DNA of 63,417 nucleotides, filler included, from Lenisia limosa (taxonomy: Eukaryota > Protista > Breviatea), in the NCBI GenBank assembly GCA_001655205.1. It is 14 parts of 14 records of this genome, joined end to end, with 100 filler letters (N's around TTAATTAATTAA, not from the genome) between each part and the next. Parts side by side here need not be neighbours in the genome. Positions count along the whole stretch, not along the records: positions 59,803 to 63,417 come from LPNZ01002467.1; 13 more parts are not named here. The stretch is one strand, 5' to 3'. The notes beneath the pieces were generated by a model. That model did no database searches, was not told the DNA's origin, and worked only from the letters and a program-made list of their open reading frames with translations. The translations under genes were made by a program, and so were the position numbers. Below, one piece after another: positions 62,482 through 63,417 of the stretch (position 1 is its first letter; every line of letters starts with the position of its first letter).

Positions 62482-63417
62482 ATTTGTAGGGGGGGCATAT
62501 TTTCTCGCTCTTACTCGATAAATCCGTCTTCTAGTGTTCTTTTTGCCACTATCATTTTTGTCTTTTTCTTGAATGTTCAAAAAAACTGACCTTTCCAGGC
62601 GTAATGGTGAGAGCGAACCCCCACAATAATTATCGGAGACTTTTGTCAACTATGCCTCCCTGCGGCTCCATGGGTACCCCGAAGATGCCCGGGTACCACC
62701 ACGACCACTACGTGAAGAACTTAAAGTGTCACCTCGTTGTTGGCTTTTTTGGCAAAAGTCCAACCATCTTTAAATGGTTTTTTCTCAAATATATTGTATT
62801 TTAGATTCTTTTTGGTGGTGTGAAGAAGGGACTATGGGTTTCACTCCGATATAGCCCGATGCATATTGCGACTGAAATTTATATATTGAGGTATTTCGAT
62901 ATTTGTATGTTGATAGGATATAATATAGTATATCATAAATATTGTCCCAATCTTCGAAACATATAGATGGAATTACAGGTGGATCAAAAAAAAAAAAAAT
63001 CTTCACAAGGGAAATCTCTTCGCTGTAGAATTCTAATTTCAGGGCAAGCACCAAATTCTACTGTAAAATAGCTAGTATCTGGCCAAATATATCAGAGTAT
63101 GATGACAGTAGTATTCCTTTGAAAATACCCCCCATTCACTTTAAACATAAATCAAAACATCGAAACAAATCAAATATAAATAGCTAATCAAGGAGTGACA
63201 CCAGTGTAATAACCTGGGGGAAGCAGGACTCCTATGAGAGGTCAAATTTAGAGCGGAGTGTTTTAGATATCAGCAGGATCATTGTAACTTCATCCCCCCC
63301 CCCCCCACAAAAAAAATAAAATAATAATAATAATATTAATAATATATTTACCATATTCACCCACATATTTCTCCCCAAGGGTTTTGAGCACTGCCTCCTC
63401 CCTCCGATCCTGTAGGG

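Overview
This is not one locus. It is a pseudo-scaffold of 14 short, unrelated scaffolds joined by 13 artificial 100-bp linkers (N44-TTAATTAATTAA-N44), so adjacency across a linker carries no meaning. The DNA comes from an intron-rich eukaryote. Ciliary genes plus animal-type extracellular modules suggest a flagellated opisthokont/holozoan, but that is inference only. Recognisable host genes, mostly partial and multi-exon: an SLC5A7-like transporter first exon, an ADAMTS-type TSP1 repeat array, UNC119, DZIP1-like, a cNMP-binding fragment, Sushi and cbEGF modules, a class I phosphodiesterase, a long coiled-coil gene, ATG9 and an Rnl2-family RNA ligase. Mobile or viral content: an intronless AT-rich protein-primed DNA polymerase B fragment; a GC-rich D5-like SF3 helicase gene whose frame is restored only by a 74-nt spliceosomal intron; decayed Tc1, pogo, P-element-like and DUF6589-like transposases; and two MITE families. 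The most striking non-coding signals are a ~130-bp repeat family that fills introns and often supplies the 3' splice site (Introner-like), complementary G-run/C-run intron ends, and recurrent duplicated splice junctions. Exon coordinates were read by eye and are approximate where stated.
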